A stretch of 64,000 nt of DNA from an uncultured Gemmatimonadales bacterium. GTDB taxonomy: Bacteria; Gemmatimonadota; Gemmatimonadetes; Longimicrobiales; RSA9. This document shows, piece after piece, positions 41,202-49,975 of the stretch. A program made the position numbers and the translations under genes. The notes under the pieces were generated by a model. That model saw nothing but the letters and a program-made list of their open reading frames with translations, did not search any database and was not told where the DNA came from. Where the stretch lies: the NCBI GenBank assembly GCA_963741945.1, contig CAVUKA010000007.1:61585-125584 (forward strand), read 5' to 3'. Every line of letters starts with the position of its first letter. Positions within the stretch are counted from its first letter, which is position 1.

Positions 41202-41576
41202 ATGCGGACCGTGGCGACCCTACTGCTGGCAGTGGCGATGACGACGGCGTGTGCCTCGACGGGTGCCGGCCATCGCACGACGCACAACCGGATCACGTTC
41301 GAGGAGCTCCAGCGCTCGGACCAGACGAACGCGCTGGACGTGATCAAGAGCATGCGGCCGCAGTGGCTGCGGACGCGCGGCCCCACCACCATCATGGGGA
41401 GCGATCCCGTGATGCTGTACATCGACGGGATGCGGATGGACTACATCGACGAGCTCCAGAACGTCCCGCGGATGAACATCCAGGAGATCCGTTTCTATCC
41501 GGGTCCCGAAGCGCAGGCGAAGTGGGGTCTGAACCACACGAACGGCGCGATCGAGGTGATCACGCGGCGAGGGTGA
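41202..41576 (+). CDS. small lipoprotein resembling an isolated TonB-receptor plug domain
   Basis: Lipobox TTAC; NALDVIKSMRPQWL, P.LYIDG, IQEIRF...AKWG...GAIEVITR. Confidence 0.75.
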   Translation: MRTVATLLLAVAMTTACASTGAGHRTTHNRITFEELQRSDQTNALDVIKSMRPQWLRTRGPTTIMGSDPVMLYIDGMRMDYIDELQNVPRMNIQEIRFYPGPEAQAKWGLNHTNGAIEVITRRG

Positions 41577-41644
41577 GGCGGGGGGAAGCGGGCTCCGGGG
41601 ATCCGGCGGCGGAAAACCGCGGGGCACGGGATGGCACGGAGACA

Positions 41645-41685
41645 CGCGGGCCACGAGGAAGAGGGTGTTTTCTTCGTGGCCCGCG
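41645..41685. terminator. hairpin between convergent genes
   Basis: CGCGGGCCACGA / TCGTGGCCCGCG stem, extendable inward. Confidence 0.55.
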
Positions 41686-41703
41686 CGTGTGCGTGTGACG
41701 GGC

Positions 41704-43155
41704 TCAGTCGAGGCGCTCGAGGGTGGTGGTCACCATCCGCCAGAAATCGGAGACGGAGGGAATCCGCACGCGCTCGTCGGGGGAGTGGGGGAACTCGATC
41801 TGGGGGCCGATGGAGACCATGTCCATGCCGGGAACCTTCTCCCCGATGATCCCGGTTTCGAGGCCGGCGTGGATGGCCTTCATCTCCGGCTCGTGGCCGA
41901 GCTCCTCGGTGTAGACCTCCTTCACGACCTGTAGCAGGTCGGACTTGAGGTTCGGCTTCCAGCCCGGATACGGCTGCTCCTCCTCCACGTCGGCGCCGGC
42001 GAGGTGTGCGATGGCGCGGATGCGCGCGCGCAGGGCCTCGAGCTCCGTGGCGACGGAAGAGCGGCTGCTCATGAGGACCGTGGCCCGTTCGCCCTCGATC
42101 CGGACCGTGGCTAGGTTGGTGCTGGTCTCGACGAGGTCCGGGATGTCGTAGGACATGGCCATCACGCCATGGGGCAGCGCATCAAGGAGGTGGACGACCT
42201 TCCACGCGCTGTCGGTGTCCAGCACCTGCCCGGGCACGTCTGCATCCTCGATGGTCACGGCCATGTCGGGCTCGACGGGCGAGAACTGCGCCCGGACGGC
42301 TTCGAAAGCGGCCTTGGCGCGGGAGCGGAAGCCGTCGACGTCGCCCGCCGACAGCACCACGGTGGCCTCGGACTCCCGGGGAATGGCGTTGTGCTTGTTG
42401 CCGCCCTGGATGTCGGCCAGGTAGAGCGTGGTGCCGCGCGCGGCCTCGCCCACGATGCGGGCAATGAGGCGGACGGCGTTGCCCCGCTGCAGGTGGATGT
42501 CCACACCGGAGTGGCCGCCCTTGAGGCCGCGCAGCCGGACCCGCACGCCCTTCGCGCCGCTCGGCGGTGCGATGCGCGTGACGGGCAGGGACAGGTGGCT
42601 GTCGCCGCCGCCGGCGCAGCCGACGTAGACGGCGCCTTCCTCCTCCGTGTCGAGGTTGAGCAGCCGGCGCCCCTGCAGGTCGGAGGCATCGAGCCTGGCG
42701 GCGCCCGTGAGGCCGGTCTCCTCGTCGATGGTGAAGAGGAGCTCCAGCGGCGGGTGCGCGACGTCGTCGGCTTCCATGATGGCGAGCATGGCGGCCACGC
42801 CGATGCCGTTGTCGGAGCCCAGCGTCGTCCCCCTGGCCGTGAGATAGTCCCCGTCGCGCTCGGGGATGAGGGCGTCCTTCGAGAAGTCGTGCTCCACGTC
42901 GGAATTCTTCTCGTTCACCATGTCCAGATGACTCTGGAGGATGGTGACACCGGCGTTCGCCTTCCCCTTCGTGCCGGGTTTCCGCACGACCACGTTCCCG
43001 GCGCCGTCGGTGCGGTGCTCGAGCCCGTTGCGCTCGGCCACCTCGATCACGTACGCGCGGATCCGGTCTTCTTCCTTCGAGCCGCGGGGGATGGTCAGGA
43101 TCCTGTCGAAATGCTGCCAGAGCGTCTGTGGCTCCAGCTGGGATACGAACGTCAT
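41704..43155 (-). CDS. pepD: aminoacyl-histidine dipeptidase (M20C)
   Basis: LQSHLDMV, GTTLGSDNGIG, TIDEETGL, NLDTEEEG, GGHSG, IHAGLE, PHSPDE. Confidence 0.95.
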   Translation of the reverse strand: MTFVSQLEPQTLWQHFDRILTIPRGSKEEDRIRAYVIEVAERNGLEHRTDGAGNVVVRKPGTKGKANAGVTILQSHLDMVNEKNSDVEHDFSKDALIPERDGDYLTARGTTLGSDNGIGVAAMLAIMEADDVAHPPLELLFTIDEETGLTGAARLDASDLQGRRLLNLDTEEEGAVYVGCAGGGDSHLSLPVTRIAPPSGAKGVRVRLRGLKGGHSGVDIHLQRGNAVRLIARIVGEAARGTTLYLADIQGGNKHNAIPRESEATVVLSAGDVDGFRSRAKAAFEAVRAQFSPVEPDMAVTIEDADVPGQVLDTDSAWKVVHLLDALPHGVMAMSYDIPDLVETSTNLATVRIEGERATVLMSSRSSVATELEALRARIRAIAHLAGADVEEEQPYPGWKPNLKSDLLQVVKEVYTEELGHEPEMKAIHAGLETGIIGEKVPGMDMVSIGPQIEFPHSPDERVRIPSVSDFWRMVTTTLERLD

Positions 43156-43259
43156 TCGGACTCCTCCGTTCCGGGGAGGTTCATGGACGGGCTACACGGG
43201 CTGATACTACGGCTTTCGCCCTCCCGGCGCGACAGGCGACGGCGGGGCCGCCCCGGCGT

Positions 43260-43778
43260 TCAACCCTTGAGCTTCTCCAGCCCCTCGTACGCGTTGTGGA
43301 GCCAGTCGGAAAGCGCCACGGCCGCGAACCCGCCCGCCACCACCCGGGTCACCCGGGGCCGTGCGATGAGCCCGGCCACGAGGGCACCGGCCACCCACGG
43401 CCCCGTGCAGAAGGGGCACGTCAGGAGGTCCCCGATGGCCTTTCGCAGCCCCCGGCCGCGCGCCCGTTCCTCCACTTCGCCGCCGCCGCCGGAGCCCTGA
43501 TAGCGGACGAAGGGGGCGCGGACCGGCGCAGTGACCCAGTCCTTCGTGGCGATGCGTGTCAGCTTGTGCGTGGCCACGCCCAGGAGCACCACGTCCCGCG
43601 GGTCGAGGCGCTCCGGCAGCCGGTGCGTGGCGGCTGCCGCGGCAAGGGCGCCGCCGTAGATCGTGCTCCAGACGGCGAGGAGCGCCGCATACCCTCCCAG
43701 CGGCGTGTACTCGTCCGAATACCCGCTCCGCAGCCCGCCCTCGCGGCCCGTCGATCCGTTGCTGTCCTGCTCGGTCAT
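43260..43778 (-). CDS. DUF1360-family membrane protein
   Basis: GVATHKLTRIATKDWVTAPVRAPF, GDLLTCPFCTGPW. Confidence 0.85.
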   Translation of the reverse strand: MTEQDSNGSTGREGGLRSGYSDEYTPLGGYAALLAVWSTIYGGALAAAAATHRLPERLDPRDVVLLGVATHKLTRIATKDWVTAPVRAPFVRYQGSGGGGEVEERARGRGLRKAIGDLLTCPFCTGPWVAGALVAGLIARPRVTRVVAGGFAAVALSDWLHNAYEGLEKLKG

Positions 43779-43917
43779 CCCGTTCCTCCTGTTCTGGCGC
43801 CGGTCTGGTTGATGACGAACCAGACGAGCGCGGTTCCGCCCGCGCCGGCATCACGCACCAGCGGCGGGTAGAGCCGAAGCAGCGCGCTGGCGACGGGGGT
43901 TCCCGTTCCGAACCGCC

Positions 43918-44232
43918 TCAGCGGTCGGCGCGCCCGGGCACGTCTCCGGTGCGGTTCCATGCACGGCCGAGCCAGTGCCCGAGCAGGAACACGCCCGTGT
44001 CGGCGAACGCGTTGGAAAGCGTCTCGGGGCCGCTGGTCACGAAGAAGCGTCGCCCCCACTCCTTCCGCTCGAATCCCTGCTCCGACAGCTCGTACAGCAC
44101 CGACGCGGCGGCGGCCCAGTGGACCGGCACGTTCACGAGCCCGAGTGCCAGGCCGCTGGCGAAGTGCACGGTGGTCCACGGGTCCAGGACGGCCCGGTTC
44201 TGCTCCTGCTTCCGCGTGGCGACGATCTTCAT
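43918..44232 (-). CDS. small hypothetical membrane protein
   Basis: GGGAG RBS; DPWTTVHFASG, YE..E, ET.SN...D pattern. Confidence 0.7.
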   Translation of the reverse strand: MKIVATRKQEQNRAVLDPWTTVHFASGLALGLVNVPVHWAAAASVLYELSEQGFERKEWGRRFFVTSGPETLSNAFADTGVFLLGHWLGRAWNRTGDVPGRADR

Positions 44233-44459
44233 GGTGCGCTCCCGGGTGCACGTCCGATGCCACGGCGGCGGGACCGGGAGCGCGTGGGGAAATGCCCCGC
44301 ACGCCGGTTCCCGGGGGTGTGGCGGTATTCCCGATTGCGCCTCCCGATCGGAGCCCGACACGTTGAGCATGACAATCCACAAGGGTCCCCGACGGCGGCA
44401 ACTCCTCGGGGACCCTTCGTTCATCTGCGGCGCGGGCCGCGCGAACGGGAGGCGACCGG

Positions 44460-46994
44460 ATGGCCATCAGGCGCAGGGACTTCCTCAGGATCGGCCTGGG
44501 CGGCGCGTGCGCCGCGACGGTGGACTGGAGGTTTTTCCACCCGGTGCTGAACGCGGCGGAGGGGGCGGCATCGGACCGGTTCGTCCGCTCCACCTGCTCG
44601 CCGAACTGCACGGGGGCATGCGGATTCGTGGCGCGGGTGACGGATGGTCGGATCGCCACGCTGGTCCAGGCGGCGGACTACCCGGAGCCGGAGTACGACC
44701 CGCGGGGCTGCCTGAAGGGCATGTCCATGATGAACCTGGTGTACGGCAAGGACCGGCTGAAGCACCCGCTGATCCGGACCGGAGCGCGGGGGAGTGGAGA
44801 GTTCCGGCGTGCGACGTGGGAAGAGGCGCTGGACCACGCTGCGGCGAAGCTCCGGGAAGTAGCGGAGTCGTACGGTCCCGAAGCCGTGGCGATCACGGTG
44901 CAGGTGCCGGGGACCGGCTACGTGCAGAAGGGGGCGTTTGTGGCCATGGCGGGGCTGAACGGCTGGACGATCCACCACGGGTACGACCAGAACGGGGACC
45001 TGCCCATGTTCTGGCCGATGACGTTCGGCGTGCAGAGTGAAGAGCTGGAGAGCCTGGAGTGGCGGAACGCGCGCTACACGCTGGTATTCGGCTCCAACAT
45101 CGCCCAGACGCGGCTGCCGGACGCGCAGCACCTGCTGGAGGCGAAGCGGCGGGGCAAGCTGGTGGTGGTGGACCCGGACTATTCGCCCACGGCCGCGAAG
45201 GCCGACGAGTGGGTGCGCATCGCGCTGGACACCGATGGTGCCCTGGCGCTCGGCATGGCCCGTGTCATCATCGACCGGGGCCTCTACGACGCGGCGTTCC
45301 TGCAGGATTTCACGGACATGCCCGTGCTCGTGCGCGAGGACACGGGGAAGCGCCTCCTGGCCCGGGACGTGGCGGCGCTCTCTGCGGACGCGGCCAGGCG
45401 GCGGGTACCGGCCTACCGGAGCCAGCTCGTGGTCCACACGCCCGCCGGCTTCCGGATTCTGGACCCGGAGCACCTCGGCTCCACCGGCGCGGACCTGGAC
45501 GGGCGCTACGCCGTGCGGCTCGTGGACGGCCGCACCGTTGAGGCGAGCACGGTGTTCCGCAAGCTGCGGCAGCGCCTCGAGGCGTATTCACCCGAGCGCG
45601 TATCGGAGCTCACCGGGGCGCCGGCGGAGCAGGTGATGCGGCTGGCGGTGGAGCTGGCCGAAGGTGGCCCGGTCCACGTCGTCTACGGTGCCAGCGACTA
45701 CCAGTGGTACCACGGGGATCTGAAGGGGCGGGCGATCGCGCTGCTGCCGGTGCTCACCGGAAACCTGGGGAAGAGCGGCGCCGGGCTGTCCACGCTGGCC
45801 GGCCAGTACCGGATCCGGTTCCCACTCGGGGTCTGGTGGTCGCCCGAGGGATCGCACCTGAACTGGGTGCCGTATCTCTACTTCCTGCAGGGGAAGGGGC
45901 CGGGCTACCCGGCGAACGGCATCCGGGCGATGGTGGGCGCGTGGGGGAACCCGTTCGACCAGCACAACATGGCCAACATCCTGAAGGAGCGGGCCGCGAG
46001 CGGGGAGCTGGAGTTCATCCTCACCACGGATTTCCAGATGACCACATCGGCGCAGTGGTCGGACGTGGTGTTGCCGGCCCCCACCTGGTACGAGAAGGTG
46101 GACCTGACGGCGACGATCCTCCACCCCTACCTCCAGCTCCAGCAGCCGGCCATCGAACCGCTGTTCGAAAGCCGATCGGAGGTGTGGATCGCCCGGGAGC
46201 TGACGCGGCGCCTGAAGCCGGGGGCGGAAGCCCACTTCTTCCCGGAGCTGGACGAGCAGGCGGCGGCGTGGAAAGCCATGGAACGCATCCTGGAGCACGG
46301 CGGCGACGCCACCCGCGGGATCACCGTGGAGCGGCTCCGCGCCGGCCCCGTCCGGCTCCATTCCCCGGCGCCGCAGGACCGACAGATCCCGTTCTGGGAG
46401 CAGGTCCAGGAGCGCAAGCCGTTCCCGCCGCCGAGCTATCCGGCCCCGCTGGCCGCTACGTCGAAGTTCGTGCGGAGCGGGCGGATCGAGTTCTACAAGG
46501 ACGAGGACGCGTTCCTGGCGGCGGACGAGGCGCTGCCTCTGCAGAAGGAGACGTTCGCGGAGACCGAGTATGCGGCGGACCCGACGGCGCGAACGCGATT
46601 CCCGCTCCGCTTCGTCACGCGCAACTCGCTCTACCGGGTCCATTCCACGCATTCCAACAACCCGTGGCTGCTGGAGTTGCAGGACTCCCGTCCGAAAGTC
46701 TTCCTCAGCGCGCGCGACGCCGGGCGCCGAGGGATCGAGGGCGGAGACCGCGTGGAGGTCTACAACGAGCGCGGGCGGGTGCGGGCGTTCGCGGTGGTGG
46801 ACCCGCGAAGTCACGAGGGGACGTGCACGTTCGAAGAGGGGTGGTGGTCGCGCTACCTGGACGGTGACTCCTACAACTCCTTGACCTACCCGTGGATCAA
46901 GCCGTTGCACGAAGTCTACTTCGTGCCCGGGATCTGGTCCCCCACCACCTGCTGGAACGAGTGCCTCGTCGACGTGAGGAGGGTGCAGGCATGA
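44460..46994 (+). CDS. Tat-exported DMSO-reductase-family molybdopterin oxidoreductase, catalytic subunit (NarG/PcrA-like Asp ligand)
   Basis: RRRDFL Tat motif; FS0 TCSPNCTGAC...PRGCLKG; YDQNGDLP; SDVVLPAPTWYEK; RVHSTH. Confidence 0.93.
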   Translation: MAIRRRDFLRIGLGGACAATVDWRFFHPVLNAAEGAASDRFVRSTCSPNCTGACGFVARVTDGRIATLVQAADYPEPEYDPRGCLKGMSMMNLVYGKDRLKHPLIRTGARGSGEFRRATWEEALDHAAAKLREVAESYGPEAVAITVQVPGTGYVQKGAFVAMAGLNGWTIHHGYDQNGDLPMFWPMTFGVQSEELESLEWRNARYTLVFGSNIAQTRLPDAQHLLEAKRRGKLVVVDPDYSPTAAKADEWVRIALDTDGALALGMARVIIDRGLYDAAFLQDFTDMPVLVREDTGKRLLARDVAALSADAARRRVPAYRSQLVVHTPAGFRILDPEHLGSTGADLDGRYAVRLVDGRTVEASTVFRKLRQRLEAYSPERVSELTGAPAEQVMRLAVELAEGGPVHVVYGASDYQWYHGDLKGRAIALLPVLTGNLGKSGAGLSTLAGQYRIRFPLGVWWSPEGSHLNWVPYLYFLQGKGPGYPANGIRAMVGAWGNPFDQHNMANILKERAASGELEFILTTDFQMTTSAQWSDVVLPAPTWYEKVDLTATILHPYLQLQQPAIEPLFESRSEVWIARELTRRLKPGAEAHFFPELDEQAAAWKAMERILEHGGDATRGITVERLRAGPVRLHSPAPQDRQIPFWEQVQERKPFPPPSYPAPLAATSKFVRSGRIEFYKDEDAFLAADEALPLQKETFAETEYAADPTARTRFPLRFVTRNSLYRVHSTHSNNPWLLELQDSRPKVFLSARDAGRRGIEGGDRVEVYNERGRVRAFAVVDPRSHEGTCTFEEGWWSRYLDGDSYNSLTYPWIKPLHEVYFVPGIWSPTTCWNECLVDVRRVQA

Positions 46995-47665
46995 GATACG
47001 GCATGGTGATCGACCTCGAGCGCTGCATCGGATGCCGCACCTGCGCCGTGGCGTGCCGCCAGCACAACGGGCAGCCGCCCGGCACGTGGTGGAACCGCGT
47101 CTTCACGCCCGGCAGCCACCGCCACCTGACGCCGCCGGAGCACGGTCAGGAGTTCTTCCTCCCCGTGAGCTGCATGCACTGCGACGACCCGCCGTGCGCG
47201 AAAGTCTGTCCGGTGGGCGCGACGTTCATTGGCGACGGAGGCGCGGTGCTCATCGACTTCGACCGGTGCATCGGCTGCCGCTACTGCATGGCGGCGTGTC
47301 CGTACGGGGTTCGCCAGTTCAACTGGGAAAGCCCCGACCGCCCCATGGCGCGCGTGGGCTACGAGGAGGGGTACCGATACGGCTATCCGCGCGACCACTA
47401 CGAGGAGGGGCGGCGGGTCTACGCGACGAAGCGGCCCCGGGGCGTGGTGGAGAAGTGCACGTTCTGCGTGCAATACCGGGCGCAGGGCGAGGATCCGATC
47501 TGCGTCCAGAGCTGCACGGGGAAAGCGCGCACGGTGGGCGACCTGGACGACCCGGACAGCGAAGTCTCCCACCAGATCGCGGAGCGCAACGGCTTCACCC
47601 TGCTCCCGGCGAAAGGGACCCTGCCCAAGGTCTACTACCTGCCCCCCCGGCGCAAGGAGGTGTGA
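46991..47665 (+). CDS. four-cluster Fe-S electron-transfer subunit (DmsB/NrfC-like)
   Basis: CIGCRTCAVAC, CMHCDDPPCAKVCP, CIGCRYCMAACPY, EKCTFC...CVQSC. Confidence 0.93.
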   Translation: MRYGMVIDLERCIGCRTCAVACRQHNGQPPGTWWNRVFTPGSHRHLTPPEHGQEFFLPVSCMHCDDPPCAKVCPVGATFIGDGGAVLIDFDRCIGCRYCMAACPYGVRQFNWESPDRPMARVGYEEGYRYGYPRDHYEEGRRVYATKRPRGVVEKCTFCVQYRAQGEDPICVQSCTGKARTVGDLDDPDSEVSHQIAERNGFTLLPAKGTLPKVYYLPPRRKEV

Positions 47666-47668
47666 GCC

Positions 47669-48910
47669 ATGAAGCGGAGCACGCAAACGGCCCTGGTCGT
47701 CGCGGGCCTGATCGTGGCCGCCGCGCTGGTCGCCTGGGCGTACCAGCTCGCGCGGGGTCTCGTCCTGACGGACATGGAGAACGGCTTCACCTGGGGCCTC
47801 TACATCGCAGCGCTGGCTTTCTTCGTCGGCAATGCGGCGGGCGGTCTCGTTCTCAGCTCTTCGATCTACCTGTTCGGCGCCACGGAGCTGAAGCCGTTCG
47901 CCCGACTGGGTGCGCTGACCGCGTTCGCGAACGTGGCCGCCGCCATGGCCATCGTGATCCCGGACATCGGTCGCCCACAGCGCCTCATCTATCTCCTGCT
48001 GCATCCGAACTGGACATCACCGCTCGTGTGGGATGTCGGCGTGCTGACGATCTACGCCGTGGTCTCGCTGGCGTACCTGTTCGTCATGATGATCCCCGAT
48101 CTCCCCGGCCGCATCGGAGAGCGGGTCCGCGGACGGATGGCCGATCCGGAAGCGTTCTCCGAGCGCTGGTCCCGTCGGATCGCACCGTTCGCCCTGGTCT
48201 TCGCCATCAGCATCCACGTGGTCACGGCCTGGATCTTCTCCACGCAGGGATCGCGAGAGTGGTGGTTCACCGCCGCGCTCGCCCCCGACTTCATCGCGGT
48301 GGCCGTGGCCGCGGGAACGGGCGTGGTCCTGATCGCCGCCGTGCTGGCCTTCGGTGTGGCACCACGATACGCGGCCGCGTACCGGGCCATGGGCGCCATC
48401 ATCTTCGGCGCCGTGGCCGTGCACCTGTTCTTCATGTTCAATGACTTCTTCATCCACGCGTGGGCCAGGACGGAAGCCGCCAGCGAGCTACTGCACCAGA
48501 CGTGGGGCGAGCATCCCCTCGGCCACGGATTCGAGGTGCTGGCGCCTCTCGCCGCGGGCGTACTCCTCCTGATCGCTCCGGTACGTCGCACGGCCGCCGG
48601 GCTCCTGGGCTCGGCCGGGCTCCTCCTGGCGGGCGTGCTCGTGCACCGGTTCCTCATCATGCCCGCGGCCATGAACGCCGTGCCGCTCACCATCGAGCCG
48701 CTGGGCCAGCCAGGGACAACGTGGTCCGTGCCCATCGCCTCCGGCCGCTACCTGCCGGGCGACGCCGTCTTCGGTACCTCGTGGCAGTACTTCCCGACCT
48801 GGGTCGAGTGGAGCATCTTCGCCGGGTCGCTCGCCTTCGTGGTCCTGCTCGTGATCGCCGGCGTGCGGACGCTGCCGGTGGTCCGGCGGGAGGGGGCCCG
48901 TGCGGCCTGA
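47669..48910 (+). CDS. NrfD/PsrC-family membrane anchor
   Basis: WGLYIA..FFVG.AAG, DIGRPQR, SPLVWD, YFPTWVEW; about 10 TMs. Confidence 0.92.
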   Translation: MKRSTQTALVVAGLIVAAALVAWAYQLARGLVLTDMENGFTWGLYIAALAFFVGNAAGGLVLSSSIYLFGATELKPFARLGALTAFANVAAAMAIVIPDIGRPQRLIYLLLHPNWTSPLVWDVGVLTIYAVVSLAYLFVMMIPDLPGRIGERVRGRMADPEAFSERWSRRIAPFALVFAISIHVVTAWIFSTQGSREWWFTAALAPDFIAVAVAAGTGVVLIAAVLAFGVAPRYAAAYRAMGAIIFGAVAVHLFFMFNDFFIHAWARTEAASELLHQTWGEHPLGHGFEVLAPLAAGVLLLIAPVRRTAAGLLGSAGLLLAGVLVHRFLIMPAAMNAVPLTIEPLGQPGTTWSVPIASGRYLPGDAVFGTSWQYFPTWVEWSIFAGSLAFVVLLVIAGVRTLPVVRREGARAA

Positions 48911-49496
48911 GGCCGCCTGGGACGGACTCGCCCGTCTTTTCGGCCGTGGGCCGGGCGAGGACCTCCCGGGAGCCCTGCCGGGCGACCTGGCCAGCCGGGC
49001 GGCGGGGACCGATCCGGTCCGGCTCGAAGCCGGGTTCGTCCGCCTGTTCGTGAATGCCCTCCCCGAGGTCCCCTGCCCGCCCTACGCTTCCGTCTACCTG
49101 GAAGGCACGCTCCACGGCGAGGTCACGGCGCGGGTGCGCGCGCTCTACCGACGATGGGGCGTGGAACCGGCCGACATCCCCGACCATTTCGCCGTGGAAG
49201 CGGCGTTCCTGGCCGGGCTCCTGCGCGCTACCGGCGGCGGCACTGCCCATTCCGAGGAGGCCGCCGCCGACGCCGCCTGGCTCCGCGACCACCTCCGGGA
49301 ATGGACCCCCCGCTTCTTCAGGGCCGTGGAGGGAAACGACGACACGGGCGTGTACGCGGAAGCGGTGCGGATCGCGCGGGCTCTGCTGGAGGCGGAGCGC
49401 ACCCGCGCGGCCGCCGCGACGGCGTCGCCGGATGAACGTCGCGCCGTTGCTGAATCTCGCAAGGAGCGCATTGACAGCGCCCCGCGGGGGGAGTGA
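48900..49496 (+). CDS. TorD/DmsD-family chaperone
   Basis: RLFVN...PPYASVYL, IPDHFAVEAAFL, HLREWTPRF. Confidence 0.88.
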   Translation: MRPEAAWDGLARLFGRGPGEDLPGALPGDLASRAAGTDPVRLEAGFVRLFVNALPEVPCPPYASVYLEGTLHGEVTARVRALYRRWGVEPADIPDHFAVEAAFLAGLLRATGGGTAHSEEAAADAAWLRDHLREWTPRFFRAVEGNDDTGVYAEAVRIARALLEAERTRAAAATASPDERRAVAESRKERIDSAPRGE

Positions 49497-49514
49497 ACTT
49501 GGAGTTGATGGATG

Positions 49515-49556
49515 CGGGGAGCTTCCGACGCTGGTGCTCGGTGGCTCCCCGTTTTT
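49515..49556 (+). terminator. intrinsic terminator of the molybdoenzyme operon
   Basis: CGGGGAGC / GCTCCCCG stem followed by TTTTT. Confidence 0.7.
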
Positions 49557-49597
49557 GCGTTCCCCGGAAGACGGGCGGCGTCCGAAAGGTGGTCTCG

Positions 49598-49975
49598 ATG
49601 TATGATGCGGCAAGCGTCCCACCCGCGAAGACGGCCATGGTCCGGCGCCTGAGGCGCCGTCTGCAGGGAGTCCTCGAGGAGGACCCTTCGACGCTGGAAA
49701 CGCGGCTCTCGTGCCTGGATGGCTGGACCCTCTCGACGCTCCTGCGGGCGACCGGTCAGCAGGCTGGCGATGGCGCGGCGTCACCCCGTCCGCGGCACCT
49801 GGGCGTGGTGGGCGTGGACCACGCGCTGGGGCAGCTCGTGGTGGGCGAGCCGCGCGCCGCCATTGCCCCTTCACGCGCGGTGGAGACCGTCGATTTCGAC
49901 GGCCTCGATGACGAGGACCTGATCGCCGCATCGCGTTACGTTCCCGAGACGCTGCCCGGCTACGTGCTCGGCTGA
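49598..49975 (+). CDS. hypothetical protein
   Basis: AAAGGT RBS-like sequence before ATG; fills the gap before xylB; no recognised motif. Confidence 0.45.
   Translation: MYDAASVPPAKTAMVRRLRRRLQGVLEEDPSTLETRLSCLDGWTLSTLLRATGQQAGDGAASPRPRHLGVVGVDHALGQLVVGEPRAAIAPSRAVETVDFDGLDDEDLIAASRYVPETLPGYVLG

Noticed and set aside
44362-44375. FNR box upstream of the molybdoenzyme (TTGAGCATGACAAT)
   Set aside because: Second half-site does not match ATCAA.
44460-46994. Canonical narG, dmsA or psrA call
   Set aside because: Too short for NarG, has a Tat signal and lacks NarH/NarI; the ligand region is Asp-type rather than Ser or Cys. No symbol assigned.
49471-49499. Sigma70 promoter or sRNA from TTGACA at the end of the TorD gene
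   Set aside because: The -10 (TGAACT) is poor, and the downstream hairpin is explained as the operon terminator.
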